Source of the DNA: Acidilobaceae archaeon
GTDB taxonomy: Archaea > Thermoproteota > Thermoprotei_A > Sulfolobales > Acidilobaceae
Assembly (NCBI GenBank): GCA_026985435.1
Contig: JALSQL010000012.1
Location: 1-60,592, forward strand
DNA: 60,592 nt
Direction: 5' to 3'
This document shows, piece after piece, positions 43,926 through 53,449 of the stretch (the stretch's first letter is position 1; every line of letters starts with the position of its first letter). Under the pieces are notes generated by a model. It searched no databases. It saw only the letters and a list, made by a program, of their open reading frames with translations, and had not been told where the DNA came from. The translations under genes and the position numbers were made by a program.

Positions 43926-44405
43926 ATGGCTAGCCGAGTGGCCGTCCGGAGGGCTCAGGAGCGCGACGTCGAGAGCGTGGCGGGCCTCATAGCGAGGCTT
44001 AAGGCGCTGAACGGCGAGCTCGACCCCCACTTCCTACCCGCCGGGGACCTGGAGGCGAGGGCCAGGGAGTACGTTGCCAAGAGCCTTGGCAGCGACAACG
44101 CCTTCATACTGGTGGCCGAGGACGAGCAGGCCGGCAGGATAGTGGGCGTGATACGCGTCGAGCTGGTCGACAGGGTGTTCTACAAGCCCCGGATCAAGGC
44201 CGTCATAACCGACTTCTACGTCCACCCGGCCTACAGGGGGAAGAGGATAGGGAGGCTGCTCGTCGAGAAGGCTCAGGAGGAGGCCAAGGCGCGGGGCGCG
44301 GGACTGATAACGGCGGTCTACCCGGAGGGCAACATCATAGCGGACTCCTTCTACTCCAGGATGGGGTTCCGCCCCCTCCAGAAGGAGCTCTACAAGCCCC
44401 TCTAA
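43926..44405 (+). CDS. GNAT-family N-acetyltransferase (tandem paralogue)
   Basis: 159 aa. VHPAYRGKRIGRLLVEKA and FYSRMGFR. Colinear with the preceding gene. Confidence 0.8.
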   Translation: MASRVAVRRAQERDVESVAGLIARLKALNGELDPHFLPAGDLEARAREYVAKSLGSDNAFILVAEDEQAGRIVGVIRVELVDRVFYKPRIKAVITDFYVHPAYRGKRIGRLLVEKAQEEAKARGAGLITAVYPEGNIIADSFYSRMGFRPLQKELYKPL

Positions 44406-44562
44406 ACAAGCCCTCAGGGCTCACAGGGGCCGCCCAACCCCTCCCCCTTTTGCACATGAAGACCGCGCAGCTAGGGTGCCACCCCGCCGCCGGGTACCCC
44501 GCGGAGAAGGCGTGGGGGGTGTATAGGGGGTGTATAGTAGGTAACAGGCGGGGGTCCGGCTC

Positions 44563-44874
44563 CTAGCCCTGGCCGCCGCCCTGGCTGGAGGGTGCGGGCG
44601 CCGCCTCGGCGGCCGCCCTGCCCACGGGCTCCACTATGATCCTCGACGCTATCCCCCTCCCTATCGCTACCTCAACCCCGCTAACCCGCACTACCACCGG
44701 CGTCCAGGGGTACGCGATGTCGTTCGACACCACCTCCAGCTCCACGCCAGGCGCTATGCCAAGCCCTGCAAGCCTCGAGGTGGCGCCCCACCCTGCAAGT
44801 ATCGACTTCACCACGACCCTGCTTCCGGGCGGGACGCTGGCTAGGGTGGTGCCAGCCTGCTGCGCTGGCCACAC
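44563..44874 (-). CDS. FeoA-domain protein
   Basis: SH3-like FeoA pattern GSRVVVKSILAGWGATSRLAGLGIAPGVELEVVSN...VVVRVSGVEVAIGRGIASRIIVE. GTG at 44874 gives 103 aa. An alternative GTG at 44958 adds a Trp/Arg/Gly-rich extension. The track ORF to 45177 is implausible. Confidence 0.55.
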   Translation of the reverse strand: MWPAQQAGTTLASVPPGSRVVVKSILAGWGATSRLAGLGIAPGVELEVVSNDIAYPWTPVVVRVSGVEVAIGRGIASRIIVEPVGRAAAEAAPAPSSQGGGQG

Positions 44875-45127
44875 ACCCGCCTGGGCCGGGGGCGCCCCCC
44901 AGCCCTGCCAGCCCCATCCTCGGCCTCTGCCACGCCACCACCTGCCCCACCAGGGCACCCGAGCTCCCCGGGGCTGTGTTGTGGCGGGCGGAGGATTTAA
45001 CGGAGGGGTGGTACCGGCATGTACCCGGCCGCTTGTCCGGGCGCTTCTTGTATAGGCGGGCCGCGGCCTAGCGCCTATATTCCGTTTTCCGCGCGTTCCC
45101 TCGTGGAGTTCTGGGAGGTGCGCATCC

Positions 45128-46810
45128 TTGAGCCTACCTGAGAGAGTCCCACGGAGGCCCGGGTATGACGTTACCATACACTACATACTCAGGAGGGCGG
45201 TTACCCTCTTCCCCGACAGGGAGGTGGTGTATAGGACCGCTAGGGGGGTCGATCGCTACACCTACTCTAAGGCGGCCGAGAGGATGGCCATGCTCGCCTC
45301 CGCCCTCGAGAAGGAGGCTGGCGTCGGCAGGCTTGACAGGGTTGCGACGCTCGACTGGAACACCCACTGGCACTTCGAGGCCTACTTCGCCGTCCCCATG
45401 ATGGGGGCGGTCATACACCCGGTCAACGTGAGGCTGGCGCCCGCGGAGATAGCCTACGTTATGGGCCACGCCGAGGATAAGGTTGTGATAGTCCACAAGG
45501 ACTTCATACCACTCGTCGACGCCATCGCACCCAAGGTTAAGAGCCTCGAGAAGGTCATAGTAGTCGACTCGGACGAGGTCCCACAGAAGATAGGGGGCCT
45601 CCCCGCCTACCATTACGAGGACTTCATAAAGGAGCACGGTGACCCCAAGTACGAGTGGCCCCCCGTCAGCGAGGACCAGCCCGCTGGTATGGGCTATACG
45701 AGCGGCACGACCGGCCTGCCCAAGGGGACCTACCATAGCCACAAGGCCATAGTGCTGCACGCGATGAGCGCAGCCCTACACTTCGCCACGAGCGGCGTGT
45801 TCACCTTCACCGCCCGCGACACCGTGCTCCACATCGTCCCCATGTTCCACGTCTACAGCTGGGGCATACCATACATGGCCACGCTCATAGGGGCGAAGCA
45901 GGTCTACCCCAACAGGCTAATACCGAAGGTCCTCCTAGAGCTGATAGCGAGGGAGAAGGTAACCTTCACCGCCGCGGTGCCCACGGTCCTCTACATGCTC
46001 CTCACCGAGCCCGGCAGCGAGAACTACGACCTCTCCGGCCTGAAGTGGATCAACGGCGGCTCCGCCACCCCCAGGGCGCTAGCGGAGCTCGCCCGGAAGA
46101 GGGGTATACGCCTCATAGTCGGCTACGGCATGACCGAGACAGCCCCGGTCCTCACCCTGGCAACCCCGTGGCCCTGGCAGGTTGAGAGTATGAGCGACGA
46201 GGAGCTGATGGATGTGACGCTGCGCACAGGCTACCCCATACCCCTCGTCGACCTCCAGGTGGTAGGGCCCGACATGAAGCCGGTGCCCAAGGACGGGAAG
46301 ACTATGGGTGAGATAGTTGTTAGGTCGCCCTGGGTGACCCCGGAGTACTTCAAGAACCCGCAGAAGACCGAGGAGGCCTGGCGCGGCGGGTGGTTCCACA
46401 CCGGCGACATAGCCGTCTGGTTCCCCGACGGCAGCATACTCATCCAGGATAGGGACAAGGACGTCATAAAGAGTGGGGGTGAGTGGATAAGCAGCGTCAG
46501 GCTGGAGGACGCCATAAGCCAGCACCCCGGCGTAGCGATGGTGGCTGTGATAGCGGCCAAGCACCCCAAGTGGGGCGAGAGGCCCGTGGCCCTCATAGTA
46601 CCGAGGCCCGGCTGGGAGGACAGGCTCTCAACGGAGGAGATACGGAGGTTCCTCATGGAGAAGTTCGTGGAGACGGGCCAGATACCCAAGTGGTGGCTCC
46701 CTGACCGCGTGGTCCTGGTGGAGGACCTCCCCAAGACTAGCGTCGGCAAGATAAACAAGCGCCTCCTCCGCGAGAAATACGGGAACATACTCCTAGAGGA
46801 GGCCAGCTAG
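45128..46810 (+). CDS. AMP-dependent acyl-CoA synthetase (fatty-acid-CoA ligase)
   Basis: AMP motif GMGYTSGTTGLPKG, GYGMTET, WFHTGD and the C-terminal LPKTSVGKI. SD-like gggaggtg 8 nt upstream of the TTG start. Confidence 0.9.
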   Translation: MSLPERVPRRPGYDVTIHYILRRAVTLFPDREVVYRTARGVDRYTYSKAAERMAMLASALEKEAGVGRLDRVATLDWNTHWHFEAYFAVPMMGAVIHPVNVRLAPAEIAYVMGHAEDKVVIVHKDFIPLVDAIAPKVKSLEKVIVVDSDEVPQKIGGLPAYHYEDFIKEHGDPKYEWPPVSEDQPAGMGYTSGTTGLPKGTYHSHKAIVLHAMSAALHFATSGVFTFTARDTVLHIVPMFHVYSWGIPYMATLIGAKQVYPNRLIPKVLLELIAREKVTFTAAVPTVLYMLLTEPGSENYDLSGLKWINGGSATPRALAELARKRGIRLIVGYGMTETAPVLTLATPWPWQVESMSDEELMDVTLRTGYPIPLVDLQVVGPDMKPVPKDGKTMGEIVVRSPWVTPEYFKNPQKTEEAWRGGWFHTGDIAVWFPDGSILIQDRDKDVIKSGGEWISSVRLEDAISQHPGVAMVAVIAAKHPKWGERPVALIVPRPGWEDRLSTEEIRRFLMEKFVETGQIPKWWLPDRVVLVEDLPKTSVGKINKRLLREKYGNILLEEAS

Positions 46811-46874
46811 CCGCCCCGGGGCCCCTCCCACTCTTTACCCCTGACCTCCCCCAGGGCATGGGGGCTCCAGTGTA

Positions 46875-48326
46875 ATGGTGACCGTGGCGTACACCGTCCA
46901 GTCCGTCGTCAACCACTACGGGGAGGACTCGGGTGACACTATAGTAGTGAGCGACGGCAGGATAAGCAGCGTGACGTACGGCGCCTACCCCTCCTACGCT
47001 ACCCACAAGCAGCTGCCGGGCTACATACTCCCCGGAATAGTAGACGCTCACCTCCACCTCGCAAGCCTGGGCGTATCCCTGCTGGGCGCAGACCTCCGCG
47101 GCGCCAGGGACCCCTGGGAGGTAGCCGAGAGGCTCGGCGAGGCCCGGGGGCCTATAGCGTATGGGAGGGGCTGGGACCACGAGTCGTTCAGGACGGAGAG
47201 GAGGTACCCCACCCGCAAGGAGCTCGACGCCGTGGTCCCCGACAGGCCGGCGGTGGCAGTGAGGGTGTGCGGCCACGTGGCCGTCGCCAACACGCTAGCA
47301 CTCGCAATGACGAGGCCCTGGGAGGCCTACCCCAGCCTCGTGGACAGGGAGAGGGGGATCCTCCTCGAGGACGCCGTCGGCTACACCATGGAGCGCCTCC
47401 TAGCGGGGACCAGCATGCGCCTCCCCGTGGAGGTGGCCGTCGAGGCCCTTAGCTCCGCTGGCATAGCTGGCGTGTCGAGCATGTCCTGCACTCCAAGCGA
47501 GGCTAGGGCCCTCAGGAACCTGGAGATGATGGGAATCCTGAAGGTGCGAGTCTCCTGCTACCCCGACGCCCGCAGGCTCGAGGAGGTGGCCGCGGAGGGG
47601 CGCGGGAGGCTCTGGGGCGTCGTTGGGGTCAAGCTCTACGCTGACGGGAGCCTCGGCGCTCGGACCGCCTACCTCAGGGAGCCCTACAGCGACGACCCCG
47701 GGAACAGGGGGCTTAGGCTCCTGAACGCCAGGGAGATAGCCGGGATGGGCCGGGAGGCCCTCTCCAGGGGCTTCCGTGTCGCAGTCCACGCAATAGGCGA
47801 CGCGGCCCTCGACGAGGTCATCGAGGCCTACGAGACCCTCGGGGGCGACTGCCGCTACTGCAGGGTGGAGCACGCCAGCATCGCCTGGCCACGCCAGATA
47901 GGGAGGCTCGCAAGCATGGGTGTGAGGGTCGCCGTGCAGCCGAGGTTCAGGGTTAGCGACTGGTGGATAGAGAGGCGCCTCGGCCCCGGCAGGCTCGCGG
48001 CGGCGTACCCCTTCGCCTCGATGGTGCGGGCCGGGGTTAGGCTCGCCCTCTCAACAGACTCGCCCGTAGAGCCCTACCAGCCCTGGGAGACCTTCCAGGC
48101 CGCCGTGGGTAACTGTAGCCAGCCAGCCTGCAGGCCCGAGGAGAGCCTGAGCCCCCGCCAGGTGATAGAGGCCTACACAATACGCGCCGCCGAGGCCAGC
48201 GGTGGCCCAGCCGGGAAGATAGGGAGGATCTGCCGCGGGGCGCCAGCCGTCCTCGCCTACACGCCCAGCGACCCGCGCGACCCGGACTGGAGGGGCCCAC
48301 TGAGGCTGCTGCACCACGGCGTTTAA
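46875..48326 (+). CDS. Amidohydrolase-family metal-dependent hydrolase (COG1574-like)
   Basis: PGIVDAHLHL (HxH), VAVHAIGD, and an aspartate in ALSTDSPVEP. Confidence 0.8.
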   Translation: MVTVAYTVQSVVNHYGEDSGDTIVVSDGRISSVTYGAYPSYATHKQLPGYILPGIVDAHLHLASLGVSLLGADLRGARDPWEVAERLGEARGPIAYGRGWDHESFRTERRYPTRKELDAVVPDRPAVAVRVCGHVAVANTLALAMTRPWEAYPSLVDRERGILLEDAVGYTMERLLAGTSMRLPVEVAVEALSSAGIAGVSSMSCTPSEARALRNLEMMGILKVRVSCYPDARRLEEVAAEGRGRLWGVVGVKLYADGSLGARTAYLREPYSDDPGNRGLRLLNAREIAGMGREALSRGFRVAVHAIGDAALDEVIEAYETLGGDCRYCRVEHASIAWPRQIGRLASMGVRVAVQPRFRVSDWWIERRLGPGRLAAAYPFASMVRAGVRLALSTDSPVEPYQPWETFQAAVGNCSQPACRPEESLSPRQVIEAYTIRAAEASGGPAGKIGRICRGAPAVLAYTPSDPRDPDWRGPLRLLHHGV

Positions 48327-48437
48327 CCCTCCCCCAGCGCGCCTGCTACCGCCCCGCGGCGGTGCGCTGACCGCCAGTGGGGGACCCTCCCGGGGGGATG
48401 GCCGCTCTTCAGCTGGGCTAGCCGCGGGGGCTACGCT

Positions 48438-49610
48438 ATGCCAGCACGCGGCGGTGCTGCGGGCTCGACGCTGACCCTGGGCCCCGCCCGCCTGAGGGTC
48501 GGGGTTATAGTGAACCCCGTGGCAGGCATGGGCGGGAGGCTCGCCCTTAAAGGCACGGACGGCGCCGCCCTCCTAGAGGCCCTCGCCCGGGGCGCCAGGC
48601 CGGTCTCGCCCATCAGGGCTTCGAGGTTCCTCGCGGGCCTCGACCCGCGCCTCGTGGATAGAGTGTACATGCCGGCGGGGCTCATGGGCTCGGAGGCCCC
48701 GGGGTACCCCTGGAGGCTGGAGGGTAGGGTCTCCATCCTCGACTGCGTTGAGCCCCACAAGTGGCCGACGAGCAGGCTCGACACGATAGCCTGCGCTAGG
48801 GCCATGCTCGGGCTTGTCGACCTCCTGGTTTTCGTGGGAGGCGACGGCACCGCCAGGGACGTATTAGAGGCTGTCGGCCTCCAGCTCCCGATCCTAGGCG
48901 TCCCAGCGGGAGTTAAGGTCTTCAGCGGGGTGTTCGCCGTCAGCCCGGAGTCGGCCGCCAGGCTCGTGGCCCGCTGCGCCACAAGCGGGTGCCCCCTCGA
49001 GGAGGCTGAGATCGTTGACGCCGACGAGGAGGAGTACAGGAGGGGGAGGCTGGCGCTCCGCCTCCACGGCTACGCTCTAACCCCCAAGGCGCCAGGCCTG
49101 CTCCAGGGCGCCAAGGAGCCGACGGCCCCCGATGACCTGGAGGGGATAGGCCTCCAGGTGGCCGAGATGGTCGAGGAGTGCACACTCTACATCCTAGGCC
49201 CGGGAAGCACCGTGGCATGGGTCGCCCGGGCGCTCGGAGTCGAGAAGACGCTCCTCGGCGTCGACGCCTACCACGCCGGGAGGCTCGTAGGCAGGGACCT
49301 CGACGCGGGGAGGCTGGAGAGCCTGGCCTCATCCTATGACAGGGTGAGGCTCATCCTGACACCGGTCGGGGGCACCGGCTTCCTCCTAGGCCGCGGGAAC
49401 CAGCAGATAACACCGGCTATCCTCCGGCGGGCCGGCAGGGACGGCCTGATAGTGGTCTCGGCGCCCTCCAAGCTGCGCGGGCTCCACTACAGGCTCCTCG
49501 TCGACACGGGCGACCCGGAGGTCGACTCTATGCTCGAGGGCCACGTGAGGGTTGTAGTGGGGTATAACCGGTGGGCCGTGGCCAGGATAGTCGCCGCCTG
49601 GAGGCTCTAG
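48438..49610 (+). CDS. ATP-NAD kinase-like protein (COG3199 / AcoX-like)
   Basis: FVGGDGTARDV, the GGDGT motif of the NAD kinase/diacylglycerol kinase fold. 390 aa. Confidence 0.65.
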   Translation: MPARGGAAGSTLTLGPARLRVGVIVNPVAGMGGRLALKGTDGAALLEALARGARPVSPIRASRFLAGLDPRLVDRVYMPAGLMGSEAPGYPWRLEGRVSILDCVEPHKWPTSRLDTIACARAMLGLVDLLVFVGGDGTARDVLEAVGLQLPILGVPAGVKVFSGVFAVSPESAARLVARCATSGCPLEEAEIVDADEEEYRRGRLALRLHGYALTPKAPGLLQGAKEPTAPDDLEGIGLQVAEMVEECTLYILGPGSTVAWVARALGVEKTLLGVDAYHAGRLVGRDLDAGRLESLASSYDRVRLILTPVGGTGFLLGRGNQQITPAILRRAGRDGLIVVSAPSKLRGLHYRLLVDTGDPEVDSMLEGHVRVVVGYNRWAVARIVAAWRL

Positions 49611-50035
49611 CCGCCCTTCTCCCTCCTTATCTTCTCAGCGTACCTCTCCGGCGTCAGGAGGCCCTGAAGCTGGGATGGGTCGTCGGGCCTCATGGCGAAG
49701 ATCCACCCCTCACCGTAGGGGTCCCTGTTGACCAGCTCCGGCTCGTCGAGGAGCCTCTCGTTAACCTCGACAACCTCCCCGTCGACCGGGGCGTAGACGT
49801 CGGCCGTGGCCTTGATAGACTCAAGCACCGCCGCCGGCTCGCCCTTCCGGAGCCTCGAGCCGACCTCGGGTAGCTCCACGCCCACTATGTCCTTCAGCTC
49901 CTTCTGCGCGTAGTCGGTCACCCCAACCCTAACAACCCCGTCCTCGACCCTCACCCACTCGTCACTCTCGGTGTATAGGAGTGCGTCGTCAACCTCGTAG
50001 ACCCCCGAGGGCGTCTCCACGCGTATCCTAGCCAC
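49607..50035 (-). CDS. gcvH: Glycine cleavage system H protein (lipoyl carrier)
   Basis: [18 protein letters not shown], and the lipoyl-lysine context [23 protein letters not shown]. Confidence 0.9.
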   Translation of the reverse strand: MARIRVETPSGVYEVDDALLYTESDEWVRVEDGVVRVGVTDYAQKELKDIVGVELPEVGSRLRKGEPAAVLESIKATADVYAPVDGEVVEVNERLLDEPELVNRDPYGEGWIFAMRPDDPSQLQGLLTPERYAEKIRREKGG

Positions 50036-50149
50036 TCCCCAGCACCGCCCGAAGGCTGTGCCCGGGCTCCTAATTTAGTGTGGGGGTGCCGGAAAGACGT
50101 ATTATTGCTCGGCGCCCGGGCTTCATGCGTGGACCAGGGTGCGCCTGGC

Positions 50150-51193
50150 ATGCTTGGCGCCTCACACTACTCCCCAGGCCTCGTGGACGTTGGGTTTGAC
50201 GCTATCGTGGACTTCTTCTATAGGCTGGCCGAGGCCGCCGACCGCCTCAGGGAGGAGGGCCTCTTCGACTACCAGCCCCGCCCGCTGCCTGAGGTCCTAG
50301 AGGTGCCGGAGAGGGGCACGGTTAGGGTCAAGCTGGGCTTCCCCGTGTACCAGAAGGGAGGCGTTGTTATGGATGTCACCAACACCGAGCAGGCCAGCAT
50401 AGCGGAGGAGGCTGGGGCCGTCGCCGTGATGGTGCTGGACAAGCTCCCCTACGATGTCAGGAAGAGCGGCGGCGTCGCCAGGATGGCCGACGTTAAGGTG
50501 ATAGAGGAGGTCATGGAGTCTATAACGATACCCGTCATGGCCAAGGTGAGGATAGGCCACTACATGGAGGCCCGCATACTAGAGGAGGTAGGCGTCGACA
50601 TGATTGATGAGAGCGAGGTCCTGACGCCCGTCGACGAGAAGCACCACATAAACAAGTGGCTCTTCACCGTCCCCTTCGTCAACGGCGCCCGCGACCTGGG
50701 GGAGGCCCTGCGGAGGATTACGGAGGGCGCCGCCATGATAAGGACCAAGGGGGAGGCTGGCACAGGGAACGTGGCGGAGGCTGTGAGGCACATGAAGATA
50801 ATAATGGGGGAGATACGCCTCCTCCGCTCCATGCCGCCCGAGGAGAGGATTAGGAAAGCCAGAGAGTACGGGGTGCCCCACCAGCTGGTAGACCTCACCG
50901 CCAGGCTCGGGAGGCTACCGGTGGTGAACTTCGCCGCCGGCGGCATAGCGACACCAGCCGACGCAGCGCTGATGATGTGGCTCGGCGCCGACGGCATCTT
51001 CGTCGGCTCGGGCATCTTCAAGAGCCGCGACCCGCCCGAGAGGGCCGCGGCCATAGTGCTGGCCACTAGCATGTGGGACGAGCCGGAGTACGTGGTTGAG
51101 GCACAGAGGATGATCAGCGAGCAGAAGAGTATGATGGGCATAGACATACGCCAGCTGAAGCCTGAGGAGCTGCTCCAGACAAGAGGTGTCTAG
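50150..51193 (+). CDS. pdxS: Pyridoxal 5'-phosphate synthase subunit PdxS
   Basis: Near-colinear with remembered PdxS: [79 protein letters not shown]. The start is uncertain (ATG 50150, GTG 50183 or GTG 50303). Confidence 0.9.
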   Translation: MLGASHYSPGLVDVGFDAIVDFFYRLAEAADRLREEGLFDYQPRPLPEVLEVPERGTVRVKLGFPVYQKGGVVMDVTNTEQASIAEEAGAVAVMVLDKLPYDVRKSGGVARMADVKVIEEVMESITIPVMAKVRIGHYMEARILEEVGVDMIDESEVLTPVDEKHHINKWLFTVPFVNGARDLGEALRRITEGAAMIRTKGEAGTGNVAEAVRHMKIIMGEIRLLRSMPPEERIRKAREYGVPHQLVDLTARLGRLPVVNFAAGGIATPADAALMMWLGADGIFVGSGIFKSRDPPERAAAIVLATSMWDEPEYVVEAQRMISEQKSMMGIDIRQLKPEELLQTRGV

Positions 51194-51195
51194 CC

Positions 51196-51807
51196 TTGGT
51201 GAAGGTCGGCATAGTGGCCCTCCAGGGCGGCGTGGCCGAGCACTACCACATGGTGAGGCTGGCCGGCGAGCGCTCCGGCATACCGGCCGAGCCCGTGATA
51301 GTGAAGAAGCCCGGCCAGCTCGAGGGCCTGGACGCCATCATAATACCCGGCGGGGAGTCGACCACCATAGGCGTCGTCGCGCGGAGGGTCGGCCTCCTCG
51401 AGCCGCTCAGGGACGCCCTACTCTCCGGCACCCCCGCCCTGGGCACATGCGCTGGCGCCATAATCATGGCGAAGAGGGTTACCGCTGGCTCGAAGGGTGG
51501 CCAGCCCCTCCTCGGCGTCATGGACGTCGAGGTTCACCGCAACTATTTCGGGAGGCAGAGGGAGAGCTTCGAGCTGGACCTCCGCATAGACTTCCTCGAC
51601 GAGAAGCCCTTCCGGGGCGTGTTCATCAGGGCCCCCGCCTTCACCGACTTCTGGGCGTCCGCCAGGCCAGCCGCCACCGCCAGGATAGACGGCTCGGAGG
51701 TCCATGTCGCCGCTGTTGAGGGCGGCCTAGTAGCGACGAGCTTCCACCCAGAGCTAACCGGCGACACGAGGATACACGAGTACCTCCTACGCCTAGCGAA
51801 GAGGTAG
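51196..51807 (+). CDS. pdxT: PLP synthase glutaminase subunit PdxT
   Basis: IIIPGGESTT, GTCAGAIIM (nucleophile Cys), FHPELT. Starts 2 nt after the pdxS stop. Confidence 0.9.
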   Translation: MVKVGIVALQGGVAEHYHMVRLAGERSGIPAEPVIVKKPGQLEGLDAIIIPGGESTTIGVVARRVGLLEPLRDALLSGTPALGTCAGAIIMAKRVTAGSKGGQPLLGVMDVEVHRNYFGRQRESFELDLRIDFLDEKPFRGVFIRAPAFTDFWASARPAATARIDGSEVHVAAVEGGLVATSFHPELTGDTRIHEYLLRLAKR

Positions 51808-51814
51808 CCCGCGG

Positions 51815-52285
51815 ATGCGCCGGAGGCAGCTCCAGGCAGTCCTAGCCGTCTTTCTGGCATTCATAGCTGGCGCCGCCCCCTGGGCGTCCAGCGGGGGGAG
51901 CCGCAGCTACGAGGCCACCCTCACCATACCGCCGGGCGTGGCGGCGCCCCTCCACCTAGACAGCCCCGGCTCGTACTCGGTGGCGGTCAACGCTAGCTCG
52001 CCCATAGAGGTGTACGTGGCCCCCTGCAGCGACATCCACTCTCCCAGCGGCCTCCTCGCCGCCAGGGTCTCGGGGGTGGAGGCCGAGGTGAGGGTGGGCC
52101 CCGGAGAGTGCCTGGTGTTCTCTAACACCGCCGGCCCCACAGCGGTAAACGTGACCGTCAGGCTTGAGGCCTCCCCCGGCGCTTCCCCCCTCCTCTGGGC
52201 GTCCAGCCTAGCCCTCGCCGCCTCGGCCGCCTACCTCGCCTACCGGGCCTCTCTTCCTCTTGAAGAGGAGCAGGTCGAGGCCTAG
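51815..52285 (+). CDS. Hypothetical secreted/membrane protein
   Basis: 156 aa. N-terminal signal/anchor (AVLAVFLAFIAGAAPWA), beta-rich middle, C-terminal TM (LLWASSLALAASAAYLAY). Confidence 0.35.
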   Translation: MRRRQLQAVLAVFLAFIAGAAPWASSGGSRSYEATLTIPPGVAAPLHLDSPGSYSVAVNASSPIEVYVAPCSDIHSPSGLLAARVSGVEAEVRVGPGECLVFSNTAGPTAVNVTVRLEASPGASPLLWASSLALAASAAYLAYRASLPLEEEQVEA

Positions 52286-53389
52286 GTCCTTGGGTGGCCT
52301 CCCCCAGTATAGGGAGAGGCTCGCCATCCCAGCCGCCACCCGGGCCTCCCACGTGTTTCCCCGGGCCTTGAAGCTCTCCTCGCCCACCATCACGAGGGAG
52401 GCCCCCGCCTCGGCGGCGAGCACGGCCCCCAGCAGGGTGGAGCCGGTCGTGTCGCCGTCCATCAGCTCCACCACGTTGTTCAACCCAACCATCAGGGGGT
52501 ACCCGGCCGCCCCCGACTCCGAGCGCGCCAGGCAGAGCGCGCCCAGAGCCCCCGGCGCCCCCGCGGGCCTCAGCACGGGGTCCAGGATTGCCCTCTCGAA
52601 GCCGAGCCTCCGGGCCTCCTCGGAGGCCCTGAGGAGGCCGCCGGGCGCCAGGACGACGAAGGCGGCGGCCCTCCTCAGGCTGGGCGGCACTAGCCCGAGA
52701 GTCTCCACGGTCAGGCTCAGTGCTAGGGGCGCCCCGCGCCTGGCAGCCTCCACCGCCAGCCTCGGAGATCCAGGGTCGGCCGCCACGGGCGCTGGCCAGC
52801 TGTCGAGCAGCCTCGCCAGGAGCCTCCAGTAGCAGTCCAGGGGAACCCTGCCATCCCAGCCCAGGGAGACCACGTCGGCCCCCTCCAGGGCCCTCCAGTA
52901 CACCTCGCCCGTCAGCTCCTCCCAGTCGCAGCTCCTCGGGTATACCTCGCTTACAACGAGCAGCGGGGGAGGCCTGAGGGGCACCCTCAGGCCCCCCAGG
53001 TTGAATGCGGCCCCGCCCGGCGGCTCCGCGCGGAGCTCCGAGAGTGTCTCCACCGCCAGCCTGGCCATGTCGGGGCCGACCGCCTTCTCGGCCTCAACCT
53101 CCGGTGAGAGGCGGCTCACACCCCAGCGGGCCACGATGGCTAGCGTCAGGCTAGGCGACCAGGCGCCCCGCACCACCCGAACGCCGAGGCTCTCGGAGAG
53201 CCTCGCCCAGGGCCCGCCCCAGCTGCCGGGGAGCACCACCACCTCAGCCCCGAGGCGGGCGAGCCTCTCAGCGGCACCCGCGGCCTCGGCCGGGGCCGGG
53301 GCGGCCTCGTAGACCACCCGGTACCCGAGGCGCTCCAGGCCCCTAGCCATGGCGGCTAGGGTCTCCCTGGAGGGCCCCACGAGCCCCAC
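52208..53389 (-). CDS. Dihydropteroate synthase-like (pterin-binding) protein, tentative
   Basis: The C-terminal half has a DHPS-like layout (ILDPVL..., YPLMVGLNNVVEL..., AAEAGASLVMVGE). The N-terminal ~100 aa looks like a Rossmann-type module. Assignment is from memory only. Confidence 0.4.
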   Translation of the reverse strand: MGLVGPSRETLAAMARGLERLGYRVVYEAAPAPAEAAGAAERLARLGAEVVVLPGSWGGPWARLSESLGVRVVRGAWSPSLTLAIVARWGVSRLSPEVEAEKAVGPDMARLAVETLSELRAEPPGGAAFNLGGLRVPLRPPPLLVVSEVYPRSCDWEELTGEVYWRALEGADVVSLGWDGRVPLDCYWRLLARLLDSWPAPVAADPGSPRLAVEAARRGAPLALSLTVETLGLVPPSLRRAAAFVVLAPGGLLRASEEARRLGFERAILDPVLRPAGAPGALGALCLARSESGAAGYPLMVGLNNVVELMDGDTTGSTLLGAVLAAEAGASLVMVGEESFKARGNTWEARVAAGMASLSLYWGRPPKDLGLDLLLFKRKRGPVGEVGGRGGEG

Positions 53390-53449
53390 AATCCTGGGCT
53401 CCGGCGCCGCTGGCCACCCCCAGAGGGGCTGGGGGCCACTGCTGCCGGT

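Noticed and set aside
44959-45177. Upstream part of the 204-aa ORF containing the FeoA domain
   Set aside because: The translation (…RPRPAYTRSARTSGRVHAGTTPPLNPPPATTQPRGAR…) is not protein-like. It also covers the promoter of the divergent acyl-CoA synthetase gene.
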